The notes beneath the pieces are model-generated. The model searched no databases. It had not been told where the DNA came from and saw only the letters and a list, made by a program, of their open reading frames with translations. A DNA stretch of 64,000 nt from the human T2T-CHM13v2.0 reference genome, Homo sapiens: NCBI RefSeq assembly GCF_009914755.1, contig NC_060939.1; one strand, written 5' to 3'. Below, piece by piece: positions 61,888 to 64,000 of the stretch. The translations under genes were made by a program, and so were the position numbers. Position 1 is the first letter of the stretch, and every line of letters begins with the position of its first letter.

Positions 61888-63764
61888 TCATTGAGAGGAA
61901 ACCTTCACTGCACCTCACCAGTGCAGACAGAAGACCTGGAGGCAGGACGGGAGGCATTTTATACTTCAGCACGATATGGGCCCTGACTTTTCATTTTCTA
62001 CATGGAGACATATTGGTTGGTGCTGTCATCCTCATGGGGAAACTATGAAGTTGCAAACATTATGATAACGGGAAACTTTTAATAGTTTGCTGGAGTGTCT
62101 TCTACATTCCTGGAAACTGGAAAATGTTACTTACTCCTCCCTGCCTCAGAAATTTCCTTCCTGATTCTTTCCACAACTGGGAAGTTAGATGAGAGGACAT
62201 GTGGATGAGTTGCCCACCCAGATATGCGAGCTGACCCTAGAGTCCCCTCAGTTACTGGTGGCATGTCCAGGATTTGCTGTGGCCACAGCAGGGCCCCTAT
62301 CTCTGTGGCAGGGAAAGAGGCAGAGCTGGAGGTGGCAGTGGGTGAGGCAAAAGCAGGGAGTTAAGGGGTTGGGGGAGGACGTCTGAAGTAGATCACCTGT
62401 CCCCAGTGATTCACCATTATGCCAAGGAAACTTAAGCTTCTGGGTCCCTCACTGGCACAGGCCCCTGTGGAAGGCTTGGGGGAGGGGTGCTAAAAACTGA
62501 GTATTTGTAACTGGGCAGTTTGTTTTTTTTTTCTTTTTTTTCAAGATCCTGCCTCCCAAGCCTATAAGCTTTACCAGGAGAGAGGCAGGCCCCACCCCAA
62601 GATCCACTATCCACTCTTTGAAGAAAGATTAGAGCCATGTTCTCAGACTTTGGGCTGCATCCTAATCCCTGCGAAGCTGCACAATGTGTGATGACTCCAC
62701 CCTCCACCCGATCCAGAGGGTCTGGGGTGAGACCCAAGGCTGAGAGGCCTCGATGGCTTCCTGGCCCCATCTCCGGCAGCAGCCTCTATGGCTGGGCTCT
62801 CCTGCAGGCTGGGTGCACCCCAGGCCCTCAGATGGTTCTAACCAGAATCGATGGGCAGCAGTGACTTCGACTGTATCATCAATCTTGGCTGCCACAAGGT
62901 TGGGTGTCCAGGCCCTCAGCTGACCCTTGAGGTGGGCCCCCACACAGAGCTTTGCTCTGCCCCCAGCCCACCCTCATTCATCGCCCAGACCACGGCCAGG
63001 GACCCAGCTCCTCATGTCCCATACCCTGCTCCCACCTCATCACCAGTGCAACCACAGCACCGAGGCCTGCCTGGCGGGGGCTGTGGCTTGATGCTTGGGA
63101 TTTCATGAGAAGTCTCTCTCCTCCCGACTGACGTGGTTGCACAAGCCACAGTGTGCCTGGCCACCCCCGCTGGGACCGCCTGCAGCTCGGCCATTTCCCC
63201 CAGAGGCGCTCTGATCTGCCCTCCTGCCTCCTCTCCTGTTCTTGTTAGCAGAGAGCCACACTCTGGGAGCTGTGTAGACCCAGGGCCTCAGAGAGGGCTG
63301 GAGGATGGCTTGCCAGCCAAGCGGGTCAGTTTGGTGAGCACTTCAGAATGAGACGCCTTGATTTGTTTCCCTATTCCAAGAGTTTACCATCTGGATTTAG
63401 CCATGCCCTTGTAATGACCCCACCAATTTCATGAAAAATGGAATCTGTGAATTTGCTCTTTAAATCACTAGTCATCTCTGTTCATTTAAAAATAAAATTA
63501 TAGTTCCTTAAGTTTGTATTGCTAAAGGCATCAGAAGAATTCATCTTAAGCAAATAGCATGTGACTATTTTGCCTTATGAGATGGTGTATTTGGGACTAG
63601 GATGGCCATATATCAATATATGACAGGATATCGAGATCCAATGTTAGCCAGAGATCTCAATTAGTCCCAGTTTTGTTCTCATAATTCATTTTAATTCAGT
63701 GAATTTTTAGATACTTTTTTAAGCCCTTGAAGTTTTTCTTGATTCCAACATATCAAAGCATTCA

Positions 63765-63971
<207 letters not shown>

Positions 63972-64000
63972 CTAAATGGGAAATGCAAGGCACTCCGGCA

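Overview
Human-type (primate, Alu-rich) genomic DNA that I recognise as the 15q13.3 MTMR10-TRPM1 interval; both genes are on the minus strand. The left part holds MTMR10 coding exons 1-5 (ATG 17587 in a CpG island; the gene runs off the left edge). The right part holds the last nine coding exons of TRPM1 (63935 down to stop TAG at 27914-27916, likely poly(A) signal at 27171-27176), covering the transmembrane segments, pore loop, TRP box and C-terminal tail. All exon boundaries were read from GT/AG sites and the reading frames join consistently. The rest is intronic or intergenic, with about 25 Alu/FLAM copies, old L1M, L2, MIR, MLT1 LTRs and hAT DNA transposons (MER20, MER58A, MER63, MER81); repeat subfamily names are from memory of consensus sequences. 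There is no prokaryote-type system (CRISPR, operon, tRNA or rRNA). Best leads: (1) a combinatorial splicing module in the TRPM1 pore loop (duplicated GTAAGA donor 18 nt apart plus a 21-nt microexon, giving four in-frame pore variants); (2) a candidate in-frame alternative terminal exon with its own AATAAA in MTMR10 intron 2; (3) an old templated local duplication of an MLT1 end plus unique flank pasted into an L1; (4) a young AluYd8-like insertion and several multimeric Alus.
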